Shown here: positions 1 through 12,432 of the stretch, in pieces | Layout of the letters: each line of letters begins with the position of its first letter | Numbering within the stretch: position 1 is the stretch's first letter | Assembly (NCBI GenBank): GCA_046483985.1 | Contig: JAWOCD010000022.1 | Coordinates: 16 to 64,015, forward strand | Length of the DNA: 64,000 nucleotides | From: Promethearchaeia archaeon | Lineage (GTDB): Archaea > Asgardarchaeota > Lokiarchaeia > Sigyniarchaeales > SOKP01 | Reading direction: 5' to 3' | The notes under the pieces: generated by a model | The model's database searches: none | Told to the model about the DNA's origin: nothing | The model's input: the letters and a program-made list of their open reading frames with translations, nothing else | Made by a program: the position numbers and the translations under genes

Positions 1-2019
1 TTTACTATTGAAGATGCTACCGGGGATGTGAATGCATCCATTTGGGATCAAAATGAAGATATGTTAACTAGTTCTACTGATTCGCTTTCCTTTAATGCAA
101 CAAAAGATACGAACTATTTTCTTGTCCTTGATCCGGATGATCCTTGTACGACAAATGTTTCATTTGGCGGGATATGTTGGCCAGGGAAGAATCCAACGTA
201 TGCTAAATTAATGAATATCCCGTATGGTGGCGATTATGCAAATATTCAAGAAGGGGAAAGTGTCTGGTATTCATTTGATGCGAATTCAGGAGACCAAATA
301 AGTTTCTGGCTTTATGAGTTCAATGAAGCCGATAATTTGGATTTAACCCTCTATGATTCAAGTGAATCAGAAATTTCTGATGTAAATATTATTGAGAATA
401 ATACCAACAAAACATTGACTACAAACCTGGACTCAAGTGGCCGTTATTATCTTGAGGTTAACGGAAGCTCGGTCGTTTCTGGAGAAGGGGATTATAAATT
501 AGATTTTGGATATTCTGTAAGTGAGGAAGGTACTAGTAGCGGAACTCCGATTGATTTTGATACATCAACCGTTGAAGGAAATTTACGGGGAGCTGAAGTT
601 GAGACCAAAGGAGGAGTCTGGTATTCGATTGAATGTGAAGAGAAAAAGGAATACTCGTTTACATTTAATGGTGATGCCTCTGCTCTTTATGATTACGAAT
701 TAGTTGATTCCGACGGAATTACCGTGATCTCTCGAAAGACATTCTCTGGAAGTCCTTCAACCCTCGATTACAAATGCCTTTCGGCGGGAGAGAAATATAT
801 CCATATCTTACCCTATAAGGGCGGTGTCAACTATTCGATTTCGAAAGATGTGCAACCGTTTGATCATGTGGGAGAGAGTTCGGAGTCTGCACAGCCTTTC
901 AGTGAGAATTTCCCCTTACAGTCAAACTTACCGACTGGATGGGGTTCTTCCACGTATTGGGATGAAATTTCTCTTGAAAAGGACACGAAACTTCTCCTAA
1001 AATTGGATTATGACGATTCCACTAATTTTGATCTGTATTTATACGACCAACAAGGTTCGGAAGTCTTAGATTCCTCTTATCAAAAGAATCCGGAGATTAT
1101 CTCCTATGATATTTCCGACTCGGGCAATTATAAAGTTCTTGTGGATGGGATTGAGGGCTCGGGACAATATACATTAACCGCGGCTCCTGCGACTAAATTG
1201 AGCACCGGTGAGATCTCAGGTGAGTTTGCCCCAAGTAGTCTAAATGAATATCATTATGTCCACCTGAAGAAAGGAGAGACCTTAGAAATAGACTTAGAAA
1301 GTTCTGGCTTTCGATCACCTTATTTTGGAGTCTATCTCTATGATCAAGAATTCAGCGAAGTCGGGAAAGATGTTGAGGGGACGAAGATCATGCTCGAATA
1401 CACCGCAGAAGAGGAGGGGGATTATTATATCCGATTTTGTAATTCAGAAATGGGAAATGGCGATTATAGCGGAACCATTAATATTAGACCTCCCGATATT
1501 ACTGTCCTTTACACGATCTTAGCTGCTATTGTGATTCCGCTCGTGTTCGGATTGACTTTTATGGCAGTTTCCACACGCTATAAGAAGAAACACGGAGAAT
1601 GGTTCTGGAAAGATTCCGAATTCAGGGAAAAACTTTACGATATGAAGTTCAATTCAAAACGGAAATTAAGAGAAGTAAGAAAAGATATCTCGGAAAAATA
1701 TGAAAATTTCAAGGATAAATCATCTTCGACGATGGGAAACGCAAAGAAAAAGGTTTCCCGAAAAATATCTGATTTGAAAGCGGGAACTAAACGTACTGAA
1801 ACTTCCGCAGATTTATTTGACTTCCCAGATAAAACGGAATCGTTTTCGGAGTCTCCCGAATTTTCGTTTGAAGAAGACGAAGAGTTAGACGATGGTGCGT
1901 TAGATAACCTAAAAGATTTAGTAGATTCGGATTATAAAGTGTCTTTTGAAGAAAAGGAGAAATTAAGTGAAAAAGAATTAGAAAACCTAAGGAATCTCAT
2001 AGATTCTGACGAGGATTAA
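1..2019 (+). CDS. Surface-anchored protein, 5'-partial, with at least 5 tandem ~110-aa PPC (pre-peptidase C-terminal)-like beta-sandwich modules, one TM helix and a K/E/D-rich cytoplasmic tail
   Basis: The frame is open from nt 1, upstream of the listed GTG at 28. A module signature recurs: W/Y-Y-x-F/I..., then DLDL/FDLYLYD, then SG-x-YY/YK-x-V-x-G, then GDY/GQY-x-L. Examples are DLDLTLYDSSES...SGRYYLEVNG...GDYKLDF and FDLYLYDQQGSE...SGNYKVLVDG...GQYTLTA. A hydrophobic helix VLYTILAAIVIPLVFGLTFMAV lies at about nt 1507-1575, followed by a charged tail. Confidence 0.6.
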   Translation, partial: FTIEDATGDVNASIWDQNEDMLTSSTDSLSFNATKDTNYFLVLDPDDPCTTNVSFGGICWPGKNPTYAKLMNIPYGGDYANIQEGESVWYSFDANSGDQISFWLYEFNEADNLDLTLYDSSESEISDVNIIENNTNKTLTTNLDSSGRYYLEVNGSSVVSGEGDYKLDFGYSVSEEGTSSGTPIDFDTSTVEGNLRGAEVETKGGVWYSIECEEKKEYSFTFNGDASALYDYELVDSDGITVISRKTFSGSPSTLDYKCLSAGEKYIHILPYKGGVNYSISKDVQPFDHVGESSESAQPFSENFPLQSNLPTGWGSSTYWDEISLEKDTKLLLKLDYDDSTNFDLYLYDQQGSEVLDSSYQKNPEIISYDISDSGNYKVLVDGIEGSGQYTLTAAPATKLSTGEISGEFAPSSLNEYHYVHLKKGETLEIDLESSGFRSPYFGVYLYDQEFSEVGKDVEGTKIMLEYTAEEEGDYYIRFCNSEMGNGDYSGTINIRPPDITVLYTILAAIVIPLVFGLTFMAVSTRYKKKHGEWFWKDSEFREKLYDMKFNSKRKLREVRKDISEKYENFKDKSSSTMGNAKKKVSRKISDLKAGTKRTETSADLFDFPDKTESFSESPEFSFEEDEELDDGALDNLKDLVDSDYKVSFEEKEKLSEKELENLRNLIDSDED

Positions 2020-2030
2020 AATTAAATCAA

Positions 2031-2055
2031 TTTTTTTTATTTTTTTTTATTTTTT
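2031..2055 (+). terminator. Cluster of T-runs (T8, T9, T6) just after the stop codon, a putative archaeal oligo-T terminator
   Basis: The sequence ttttttttatttttttttattttt starts 12 nt after the stop at 2017-2019. Oligo-T tracts terminate archaeal transcription, but specificity is low in an AT-rich genome. Confidence 0.4.
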
Positions 2056-2146
2056 GAATACCTTTCCCAGTTTTTAGGAGTCATTAATTTTTTTGAGTTT
2101 TGGATATATTTGCATGAACTTCTGTCTATGTTCCATAGCGTGAACC

Positions 2147-2479
2147 TTAATCTTCCATTTGGGCATTTTTCAGAAAACCTAATCCTCTCGGCGTAATTTT
2201 CCATCCTTCTTCCGTATCCATTATATACCTCAACTGTTCGAGCATCGAAAGATGGTATTTCACTTGATCTTTTGTTAGATCTATATGCTCGAGAAAATCC
2301 TCTGTTTGCATTATATTAAGATCAAGTATCTTTAGAATTTTCCTCCTAATTGGATTGCTCATTGTTCGATAGGCTCGCGCATGGTCCTCCTTGCGTTCCA
2401 TCTCATCTACTCTATTCAGAAATTCTTCAAACTCTTCTTCCGTTAGTTTTGTATTATTCTCAATCTCACGATGTCCCAT
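2147..2479 (-). CDS. ArsR-family winged-helix transcriptional regulator
   Basis: SNPIRRKILKIL...QVKYHLSMLEQLRYI matches the ArsR/SmtB pattern (NP-x-R-x-x-IL ... HL-x-x-L). The protein is small, 110 aa. Confidence 0.6.
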   Translation of the reverse strand: MGHREIENNTKLTEEEFEEFLNRVDEMERKEDHARAYRTMSNPIRRKILKILDLNIMQTEDFLEHIDLTKDQVKYHLSMLEQLRYIMDTEEGWKITPRGLGFLKNAQMED

Positions 2480-2693
2480 ACAATAAATCCCTACCTTTTG
2501 TTAAATTTTTATATAACTTATTAAAAATAAATTAAGGATACTTTAAAAAAAATCATTTCTAATCTAAAATAATTGTTAAGTTTCTCAAATGGCTTCATTA
2601 AATCAAAATCTTGAAAAAGAGGTAATTTAAAGAAAAAAGATTAAACCTTTACTCCGTATTTATCCAAATTTAAAGAACAACGTGTTAGCCGAA

Positions 2694-3581
2694 TTAGAGA
2701 TGGAAATCTGTTACTTTTTCTCGTACTTCTAATTCTGGATAGTATTTTCCAGCTAATGGTGGTGAACTGTTATAACATTCTTCTATATCCACTATGCCTA
2801 CTTTCATTAAGCGGGAACGTTGATATCCTCTAAATGTCCCTTTCGCCACTTGGCTGGCTAAATCCGTGTTCAAGGCAATGACTGCCACTCTGGTCCCCTC
2901 TGGTATGAGGGTTAGTTCCTCTTTAAAAAGAGAAGGGGAAAAAACGAGTCGGTTATGGTCTACTGCACGCAGCTGAATAACTGGAACGATAATAGGATAT
3001 CCATCCCTTGGATCCACATATGCTAAAAATTTCGGATTCATAACACCCGTAAATAAATCATAACCGATGACATTCAGAGCCTCTTCCTCCCTATTTGTTT
3101 TCACTCCTCCTTTGGCAATGAGCGTTTTGATGATTCCGCTCATTAATCGCAGAAGTGAAAGCTTTTTGATCGCAGAAACAGCAACAACTTCGTTATAATA
3201 AGCTTTATAGACATTCATATAAGTCATATACCGGAGTAATTCACTATCATTGAAATGTTGAAGTGCCTTTCCTTCTTTTTTGGTATGTGTAAATTTTGCC
3301 TTGACGCGCATGCATTTAAACGGCATTTCAATGGTCATATAGAAAATCCCTTGTTTCGGATTTACGTTTTGGACGTTTTTCTTGGAATTTCCTCTAGAAA
3401 ACTGACCCCATACGATCTCGTTTTTATCAAATGCTTGATTACTCGTAATGATAGTCAAATGAGGCCACCCCCTTTCATCAATAGTGCCAACAAGTTTCAG
3501 CATCATCTCGGGTTGGGTGAATTCCATTTCTTTTTCTGATAATTCTGGTGCCCATTCTATATTTTTTCCTTTCTTACTCAT
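2694..3581 (-). CDS. Pyridoxamine-5'-phosphate-oxidase-like (FMN-binding split-barrel) family protein, tentative
   Basis: The N-terminal half (LVGTIDERGWPHLTIITS...NSKKNVQNVNPKQGIFYM) resembles the PNPOx-like pattern. No catalytic assignment is possible. Confidence 0.4.
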   Translation of the reverse strand: MSKKGKNIEWAPELSEKEMEFTQPEMMLKLVGTIDERGWPHLTIITSNQAFDKNEIVWGQFSRGNSKKNVQNVNPKQGIFYMTIEMPFKCMRVKAKFTHTKKEGKALQHFNDSELLRYMTYMNVYKAYYNEVVAVSAIKKLSLLRLMSGIIKTLIAKGGVKTNREEEALNVIGYDLFTGVMNPKFLAYVDPRDGYPIIVPVIQLRAVDHNRLVFSPSLFKEELTLIPEGTRVAVIALNTDLASQVAKGTFRGYQRSRLMKVGIVDIEECYNSSPPLAGKYYPELEVREKVTDFHL

Positions 3582-3722
3582 ATCTGTTCAACTTCAATAT
3601 TAAAGAGATACTTATGGTTTATTTAGTTTTTTAAATTATTTTTATACCCTTGATATTAATTTCCCCTGAAGATTTGTAATATAATATAGAAGAGAAACGC
3701 TATACTTAGAAGCGGTGATCTA

Positions 3723-4730
3723 TTAATCTGGACAACTAGGCAATGGCGATACATCGTTTTTCTCTTTTTTTTCCTCTTTTTCCTCTCCCTTTGTCATACC
3801 TGACCACTGCGCATTTTTTACTCCTGTATTCTGAGCAATTCGGCGAAAATCCTCCATTTTCTCTTCTGTAAATATGTCCAAATTGCGTAAGGGCCAAATC
3901 TTATCCAGCCGTTCATATTTTGAAACGCAGATATTATTAAACGCCAATAAATCCCAACGCTCTGGGATATTGTATAACTTATTTACGATAAACTCTCCAA
4001 TCTCTCTTATATTTCTTTCTGTGGCGGTATATTTAGGGATAATCGGAGTCCGAATCCACAACCTTTTCCCATTTTCTTTAACGTACTTCGCCAACCATAT
4101 GGCGTTCTCTAAAATCCTCTTGTTAGATACCCCCGTAAATTTTTTATGCAGATCGTTATCCATCACCTTGATATCCAGTAAAATTAAGTCAACGTAAGGT
4201 AACAAATCTAAATAGGTTTCTTTGGTGGCAATACCACAAGTATCCAATGCCGTCGAGATTTCACTTTCTTTACAGCGTTTTAGAAATCTCAACACAAAAT
4301 GCTTTTGTTGAGTGGGCTCTCCGCCAGAAACGGTGATCCCGCCGTCAGATTTAGTGTAATATATTTTGTCTTTCTCCACTTCCTTAATTAGATCGGCCAA
4401 GCTCCACCATTCGCCAATTAGGTTCAATGCCGTACTGGGACATTCTTTTACACAATCTCCACAAACGCTACAAAGATCACGATCTATATGAAGCCCTTCT
4501 TCATCAAGTAAGAGCGCTTGTTGTTCGCAAGTCTCTATACACCTCTCACATCTTATACATTTATTCTTAAACCATTGAAGTTGTTGATCTTTCGTAATAC
4601 TCTCTGGATTATGGCACCATTCACACCGTAGGGGACATCCTTTAAGGAAAACGGTGGTACGAATTCCAGGACCATCCTCAGTGGAGAGTTTTTGTATTTC
4701 GAACACTAAACCGTCTTCTCTTTTGCTCAT
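3723..4730 (-). CDS. Glycyl-radical enzyme activating enzyme (radical SAM, with an extra 2x[4Fe-4S] ferredoxin insert)
   Basis: It has the N-terminal GPGIRTTVFLKGCPLRCEWCHNPES motif (CxxxCxxC of GRE activases). This is followed by CIRCERCIETC and CSVCGDCVKECP ferredoxin motifs and the GGITVSGGEP SAM-binding motif. Confidence 0.85.
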   Translation of the reverse strand: MSKREDGLVFEIQKLSTEDGPGIRTTVFLKGCPLRCEWCHNPESITKDQQLQWFKNKCIRCERCIETCEQQALLLDEEGLHIDRDLCSVCGDCVKECPSTALNLIGEWWSLADLIKEVEKDKIYYTKSDGGITVSGGEPTQQKHFVLRFLKRCKESEISTALDTCGIATKETYLDLLPYVDLILLDIKVMDNDLHKKFTGVSNKRILENAIWLAKYVKENGKRLWIRTPIIPKYTATERNIREIGEFIVNKLYNIPERWDLLAFNNICVSKYERLDKIWPLRNLDIFTEEKMEDFRRIAQNTGVKNAQWSGMTKGEEKEEKKEKNDVSPLPSCPD

Positions 4731-4834
4731 TTCCTTTTATTCATTATTCTCTCTTCTTGCTATAGTAATAATATTGTAAAAACTAATAAAAGTTATTTAT
4801 AGATGTGAAAATGTATTCTTTCAACACGATATAG

Positions 4835-8140
<3,306 letters not shown>

Positions 8141-8154
8141 AATAATAAAAAATT

Positions 8155-8261
8155 ATTTAACGATCTGCGAAAGAAGTCCCCATCCCTTTAGGGTGGGGAT
8201 GAATTTCGTATTTATACAAACATTTTTAAATCCCCGTCCTTTAGGGCGGGGAGACTTCAAT
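8155..8261 (+). mobile_element. Gene-less miniature derivative (MITE/PATE-like) of the IS200/IS605 element at 63421, with left-end and right-end hairpins only
   Basis: Nt 8155-8232 match 63421-63498 with only minor differences (atttaacgatctgcgaaagaagtCCCCATCCCtttaGGGTGGGGatgaatttcgta...). The left hairpin is at 8178-8198. The right hairpin CCCCGTCCtttaGGGCGGGG is at 8232-8251. The end ...gagacttcaat is shared with 21851-21888. Confidence 0.8.
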
Positions 8262-8933
8262 TTCCGTTTTCTTTCTTAAAAAATAAAAACCAATTTCGAA
8301 AAACCAAAATATTATTGCAAAAAAGACCATCCACTCAATGAATCTTGTGGGTGCCGCCCGAAGATCTGTACTTTTTAATAGAACCATTAAATCAATTCCT
8401 TCAGTCATATATGGGACATAGCTGATTAAAAACGCAATAAATACCCCAGTAACTCCAAATCCAATGATTGCTTGAGAATTAGCAATCTCATCACAGAAGA
8501 TCATAGAAAGGCTAAAAAACAGAATCATAAACAGTCCAGCAAAAAAGAAGGTGGTCGATCCGGTGATATGTAATTGGGAATTATCCCTCATATTCCAAAT
8601 TGCGTTAATTTCTAATCCAATAATTGACAATATTCCGAAGAGAAAAGCACTCCAAATCATTATTTGGTGTCTTTCAATGTTATTCGATAAGAACTGAAAT
8701 AAAAATATGATGAAGATGGTCGCGAAAATGGAAGTAATCGTGAGCCCAACCATGAATACATATTGGGCCCCATTCGGACCTGCCCCTAAATGACTTATCC
8801 AATGAGAAAAAAGACTGAATGGTTCAGCAAGCATATATAATATTGACCCGATAAGAACCGTTAATCCCCCGCACATACCCGTTAAAAGTGCAAAATAAGC
8901 AGGTTTGATTTTTTCAAATAAAGATTTTAACAT
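8241..8933 (-). CDS. Polytopic membrane protein (about 6 TM), function unknown
   Basis: Six hydrophobic segments are present. The last 7 codons and the stop (EIEVSPP*) are encoded inside the miniature element at 8155-8261. Confidence 0.6.
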   Translation of the reverse strand: MLKSLFEKIKPAYFALLTGMCGGLTVLIGSILYMLAEPFSLFSHWISHLGAGPNGAQYVFMVGLTITSIFATIFIIFLFQFLSNNIERHQIMIWSAFLFGILSIIGLEINAIWNMRDNSQLHITGSTTFFFAGLFMILFFSLSMIFCDEIANSQAIIGFGVTGVFIAFLISYVPYMTEGIDLMVLLKSTDLRAAPTRFIEWMVFFAIIFWFFEIGFYFLRKKTEIEVSPP

Positions 8934-9295
8934 TTCTGTTCTCCTAATAATTTGCTTTCCTCAAATCTATAAACATATTTAATGGAAAAAATATTTAAGG
9001 TTATTGGTTTGCTATTTTTAGTTTATATATAAAGCCATTTCCCTATTTTATATAAAGAAAATGACATATTTTTATAAATAAATTTGAAAAATTTTCAAAG
9101 AGAAATTAGACAAATGCGAGGATATTGAAGATTCTGGAACCCAGCGGGACTGTAAGATTAAGGTCTTGTAAGATGCCGTTCTGAAGATTGGAGAACATCA
9201 GAAACCCGTCAGTTGGCGGTTAGAGGTTATTGCTGAGGGAAAAAAACCGTTATTCGATGATCTAAATAAACGGATAGACGGTTTCCCGGCTATTT

Positions 9296-10585
9296 TTACA
9301 TTAGCGTTTGAGTAAACATCTTTATTTTGTTCTTTAAGACTTTCAAACTGGTCATACGCTTATCTCCTACATCAAGATCCACTACCAGCATGGGGATTCC
9401 TAACTCATCCTTAAGGGCTTCCCGTAAAATCTGCGTAACACTTCCAAATTGCTTGCAACCGATATGAGCGGTAAAAACAAAGCAATCCGCCTTATAATCT
9501 CTCGCCAAATTGATGGAGTCTTCTATAAAGGAATAGTAGAAATCAGTAGATTGTTTCATCATAGGAAATTCCATCCCCTTTTTTGCCATTCCGTAAAACA
9601 TCTTTTCCATTCCATTAGTAGTATCAATGGGTTCGGTAAAATTATAATTGAAGATATCAAACAACACGCTCATGCCGAGCTCTCTATCCAACCACTCACA
9701 TAGGGAAAGATCAAAAAAGATTAACATGTAGGGCCAGATTGAGCGAACCCTCTCCTCTCCTCCATGGTGAATCCCCTTTTTATAATTATTCTTGGCTACT
9801 TCGAGCATTTCATTATAATATTTTTCTTTTTCTTTAGTGCCCGCCATAAAAACGGAGACTGCCGCTGACATTGCATTAAAAATATTTTCTACAGGACACG
9901 GAACGGCTTTTTTTAATTCGAATATTTCAAGTTCGGTCTTGGTAATATTATCATCTAACTCTATTGCCTGCTCCATTTTATCCCAGTTGGGCTTTTGTCC
10001 GATAATTTCTCCAAGATCTTCTAAACTTTTCCGTATCTCTTCTCCATAATAATGATATCCCTCTTCCGAATGTCGAAAGGGCAAATCAGGCAGTACCAAG
10101 GGGGTATCCTCTTTATGTTTAAAAAAGGGATAAGAAGCGTATGTATTATCACAAGGGGCTGTGGGGGTGATAATTGCGTCGAAATCGAATAAATCATCGA
10201 GAGTCATCCCCATCACCCCTTTTTGTGAGGAACACGTATGAAATGGATGGCCCCAGCTTTCAATAAGGTCATAATATGCTTCTACACCTTCGGGCAATAA
10301 TGCAGAAAGAATATAAGAAACACCCTCGATACAAACAGGTACGATGTCAAAACATTTTAAATATTCCGCTTGAAATGCAAAATGATGTCCTACAATCGGC
10401 AGACCATCTCTTGCCTTTTCCACAAACTCTTCCAGTTTTTTTCCTAAATATTTAAGACCGATCCTTAAAGAGGGTATGGTTTGCTTTAGTAAAATAGTAT
10501 CCACTAACTGATGCGTATTTTGGAGAGCTTCCAGTAACATTTTAAAGGGAATTACTCGATTATCTAATTTAGCTGTTTTTTGCAT
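9296..10585 (-). CDS. 2-hydroxyacyl-CoA dehydratase / benzoyl-CoA reductase B/C-family subunit (HgdB-like)
   Basis: The size (429 aa) and the GHHFAFQAEYLKCFDIVPV pattern are typical of HGD-D family subunits. It lies directly downstream of a paralogous subunit. Confidence 0.7.
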   Translation of the reverse strand: MQKTAKLDNRVIPFKMLLEALQNTHQLVDTILLKQTIPSLRIGLKYLGKKLEEFVEKARDGLPIVGHHFAFQAEYLKCFDIVPVCIEGVSYILSALLPEGVEAYYDLIESWGHPFHTCSSQKGVMGMTLDDLFDFDAIITPTAPCDNTYASYPFFKHKEDTPLVLPDLPFRHSEEGYHYYGEEIRKSLEDLGEIIGQKPNWDKMEQAIELDDNITKTELEIFELKKAVPCPVENIFNAMSAAVSVFMAGTKEKEKYYNEMLEVAKNNYKKGIHHGGEERVRSIWPYMLIFFDLSLCEWLDRELGMSVLFDIFNYNFTEPIDTTNGMEKMFYGMAKKGMEFPMMKQSTDFYYSFIEDSINLARDYKADCFVFTAHIGCKQFGSVTQILREALKDELGIPMLVVDLDVGDKRMTSLKVLKNKIKMFTQTLM

Positions 10586-10611
10586 TTTTTAATCTCCTCA
10601 TTTATTATAAT

Positions 10612-11775
10612 CTATTTTATCATTTCTAAAAATGCTTCTATCCGTGTTCTTAATCTTGTATAATCTGATTGGGTTGCTTCTCTATCTATGTTAAAGACGG
10701 GGATTCCAAGACTCTTTAAATCATGCTCACACATCATGTTTTCACATCCATGAAGATCGCAGTTGTTTATCCGCTGCAGGATTACGCCTTCCACATTGCC
10801 TTCCTTGATTTCCTTGATTATATAATCGAATCTTCTGGAATGGTCGTCCATAAAGCGCGGACAAGATAATCGATAATAAGTTCTTTCTACGATGCTCTTA
10901 AGGGGATCACTTGTGGTTTTTACATCATCGATAATATTCCGGGTTCCAAAACATAACATGTCGGATACAATACTTGCTCCGGCTTTCTCAACTAAGGTAA
11001 TAAAATCGACGTTATCGATTACACTCCCGACCAGCATAATTCGTTTTTTGTTATTCTCAAGTGCAAGCCTTTCTTTTAATTTTTTTAGAATCCTTTTCAG
11101 TTCTCTATTTGCTATCTCCTTGGGCACGGAGGAATTTGCCATTGTTATTTTTAAAAATTCTTTTCCTGTCAGTTTCGGTTGTTTTCTTTTTCGATATCCG
11201 TGAATTTCGCGTAAAAGCTCTCTATTTTTGTTATAAATTTCTATTGAATTTGTTAACTTTTTTGCAGTTATTTCTGGTATATTATATTCGTCTAACAATT
11301 CATTTTTAAAATTTCGAACCTCTCGCTTATACCATTCGAGTCCTTCCTCTGTTAAAACATGGGGAACCGCGGTATAAAAGCAAGGGGGTTTAGCTGTATA
11401 GGTATCTCGCTCAAATACAGTAAGATCAAAAATTTCATACATTCTTCGACTATGATCGCACGAATTTGAAACAAAAAGACCATCAAGAAAGTTATATCCA
11501 CCTCTTAAGGCCATATCAAGGGATAATCTGACATATCCACATGTGAATCGAACCATATAGATATCTGCTAAATTATCGCTTATATGACCAGTTGTGCGGA
11601 TCCGATATGGTAAAATTCCCGCCGCATGGATAAGTTCTTCTGGAATATAAGTACAATAGTAACCTAATACCTTTTTGCCTTCTTGCTTCCATTGCTGTAC
11701 ATAGGAATTTTCTATTGTCTCAGAGAGTTTTAGGAAAGGATCATTCTCTAAATTCAAAATTTTCTTTTGCTCCAT
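10612..11775 (-). CDS. 2-hydroxyacyl-CoA dehydratase / benzoyl-CoA reductase B/C-family subunit (HgdA-like)
   Basis: KVLGYYCTYIPEELIHAAGILPYRI is the characteristic N-terminal block of this family. Conserved Cys residues are present, and it is paired with 9296-10585. Confidence 0.75.
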   Translation of the reverse strand: MEQKKILNLENDPFLKLSETIENSYVQQWKQEGKKVLGYYCTYIPEELIHAAGILPYRIRTTGHISDNLADIYMVRFTCGYVRLSLDMALRGGYNFLDGLFVSNSCDHSRRMYEIFDLTVFERDTYTAKPPCFYTAVPHVLTEEGLEWYKREVRNFKNELLDEYNIPEITAKKLTNSIEIYNKNRELLREIHGYRKRKQPKLTGKEFLKITMANSSVPKEIANRELKRILKKLKERLALENNKKRIMLVGSVIDNVDFITLVEKAGASIVSDMLCFGTRNIIDDVKTTSDPLKSIVERTYYRLSCPRFMDDHSRRFDYIIKEIKEGNVEGVILQRINNCDLHGCENMMCEHDLKSLGIPVFNIDREATQSDYTRLRTRIEAFLEMIK

Positions 11776-12212
11776 TATTTATTTGGTTTTTCTTTATATA
11801 TTTTATTTTTGCCAATCATCATCAGCCTACAGAGAGTCAGAGCGCTTAAAAAACTCCCTTTAATTTTAATTTTTCCCGTTAAAATTTTTGGGACAATTTT
11901 CAGAAGCCCAAAAATATTACTCTTCGAACGAATTATCTTGCTTACTATATCGGTGGCTTTATATTTATCCTCCACGTTGATGATAATAACGGCGGCTGGA
12001 TTTTCAGCTTTTTCCACGCGTACCTCGAAATTCTCGATCTCCCGAGTAAGCACAAACTTTAGGGAACCCGTAAGCGCGGGAAACTGCATCTCAATTTGTT
12101 CTCCCTCTTGTTCTTCCTTTACATATTTCTTAAATGATTTTTCTAGGCCAAATAAATCAATTAACATATTTGCCATTTTGGCAAAGTTCGCCAGCCGAGT
12201 TTCCCTTACCAA
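11775..12212 (-). CDS. SCP2 (sterol-carrier-protein-2)-like lipid/acyl-binding domain protein, tentative
   Basis: The C-terminal LTGKIKIKGSFLSALTLCRLM resembles the SCP2 signature (K-x-x-G-x...L). The first base of its stop codon is the last base of the downstream dehydratase start codon (nt 11775), which suggests translational coupling. Confidence 0.45.
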   Translation of the reverse strand: MVRETRLANFAKMANMLIDLFGLEKSFKKYVKEEQEGEQIEMQFPALTGSLKFVLTREIENFEVRVEKAENPAAVIIINVEDKYKATDIVSKIIRSKSNIFGLLKIVPKILTGKIKIKGSFLSALTLCRLMMIGKNKIYKEKPNK

Positions 12213-12432
12213 ACGTTCAGCCCGTACATCTCGATTTTCTTGAATTGATGAAGTTATACCTCTAACACCTTTTTAGAATTCCAATCTCAAAATCAATATA
12301 TTACATTTCAACCTTACTCATATATTTAATTTTACCTTTGGTTCTTGATAATAAGATTATAATAAAAAGAATAAAAAAATAGCTGATGTTGGGCTTGTCC
12401 CGATATTTCCAGATTTTTTCTGACAGTATATC

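Noticed and set aside
8178-8251. Recurrent G/C-rich palindromes (CCCCATCCCtttaGGGTGGGG and CCCCGTCCtttaGGGCGGGG), considered as CRISPR repeats.
   Set aside because: There are only three loci, separated by 13-42 kb, not regularly spaced, with no spacers and no cas genes. They coincide with IS200/IS605 ends next to tnpA/tnpB.
8934-9295. A relatively GC-richer non-coding patch (about 9110-9290), considered as a tRNA, C/D-box sRNA, riboswitch or gene fragment.
   Set aside because: I could not fold a cloverleaf or T-arm (no GTTCRANNC with a flanking stem). There is no C/D-box arrangement and no recognisable riboswitch core. Only short ORFs are present (a 29-codon ATG ORF, within 37 open codons). 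On the minus strand there is an A7/T7 run at 9240-9246 with only a weak 6-bp stem, possibly a terminator for the dehydratase gene. I leave it unannotated.
11767-12243. A 158-aa plus-strand ORF antisense to the SCP2-like gene.
   Set aside because: It is hydrophobic and low-complexity, with Ser/Phe/Ile-rich composition typical of the antisense frame of an AT-rich gene. The minus-strand ORF fits the operon, overlaps the next gene at its stop and start, and has an SCP2-like signature.
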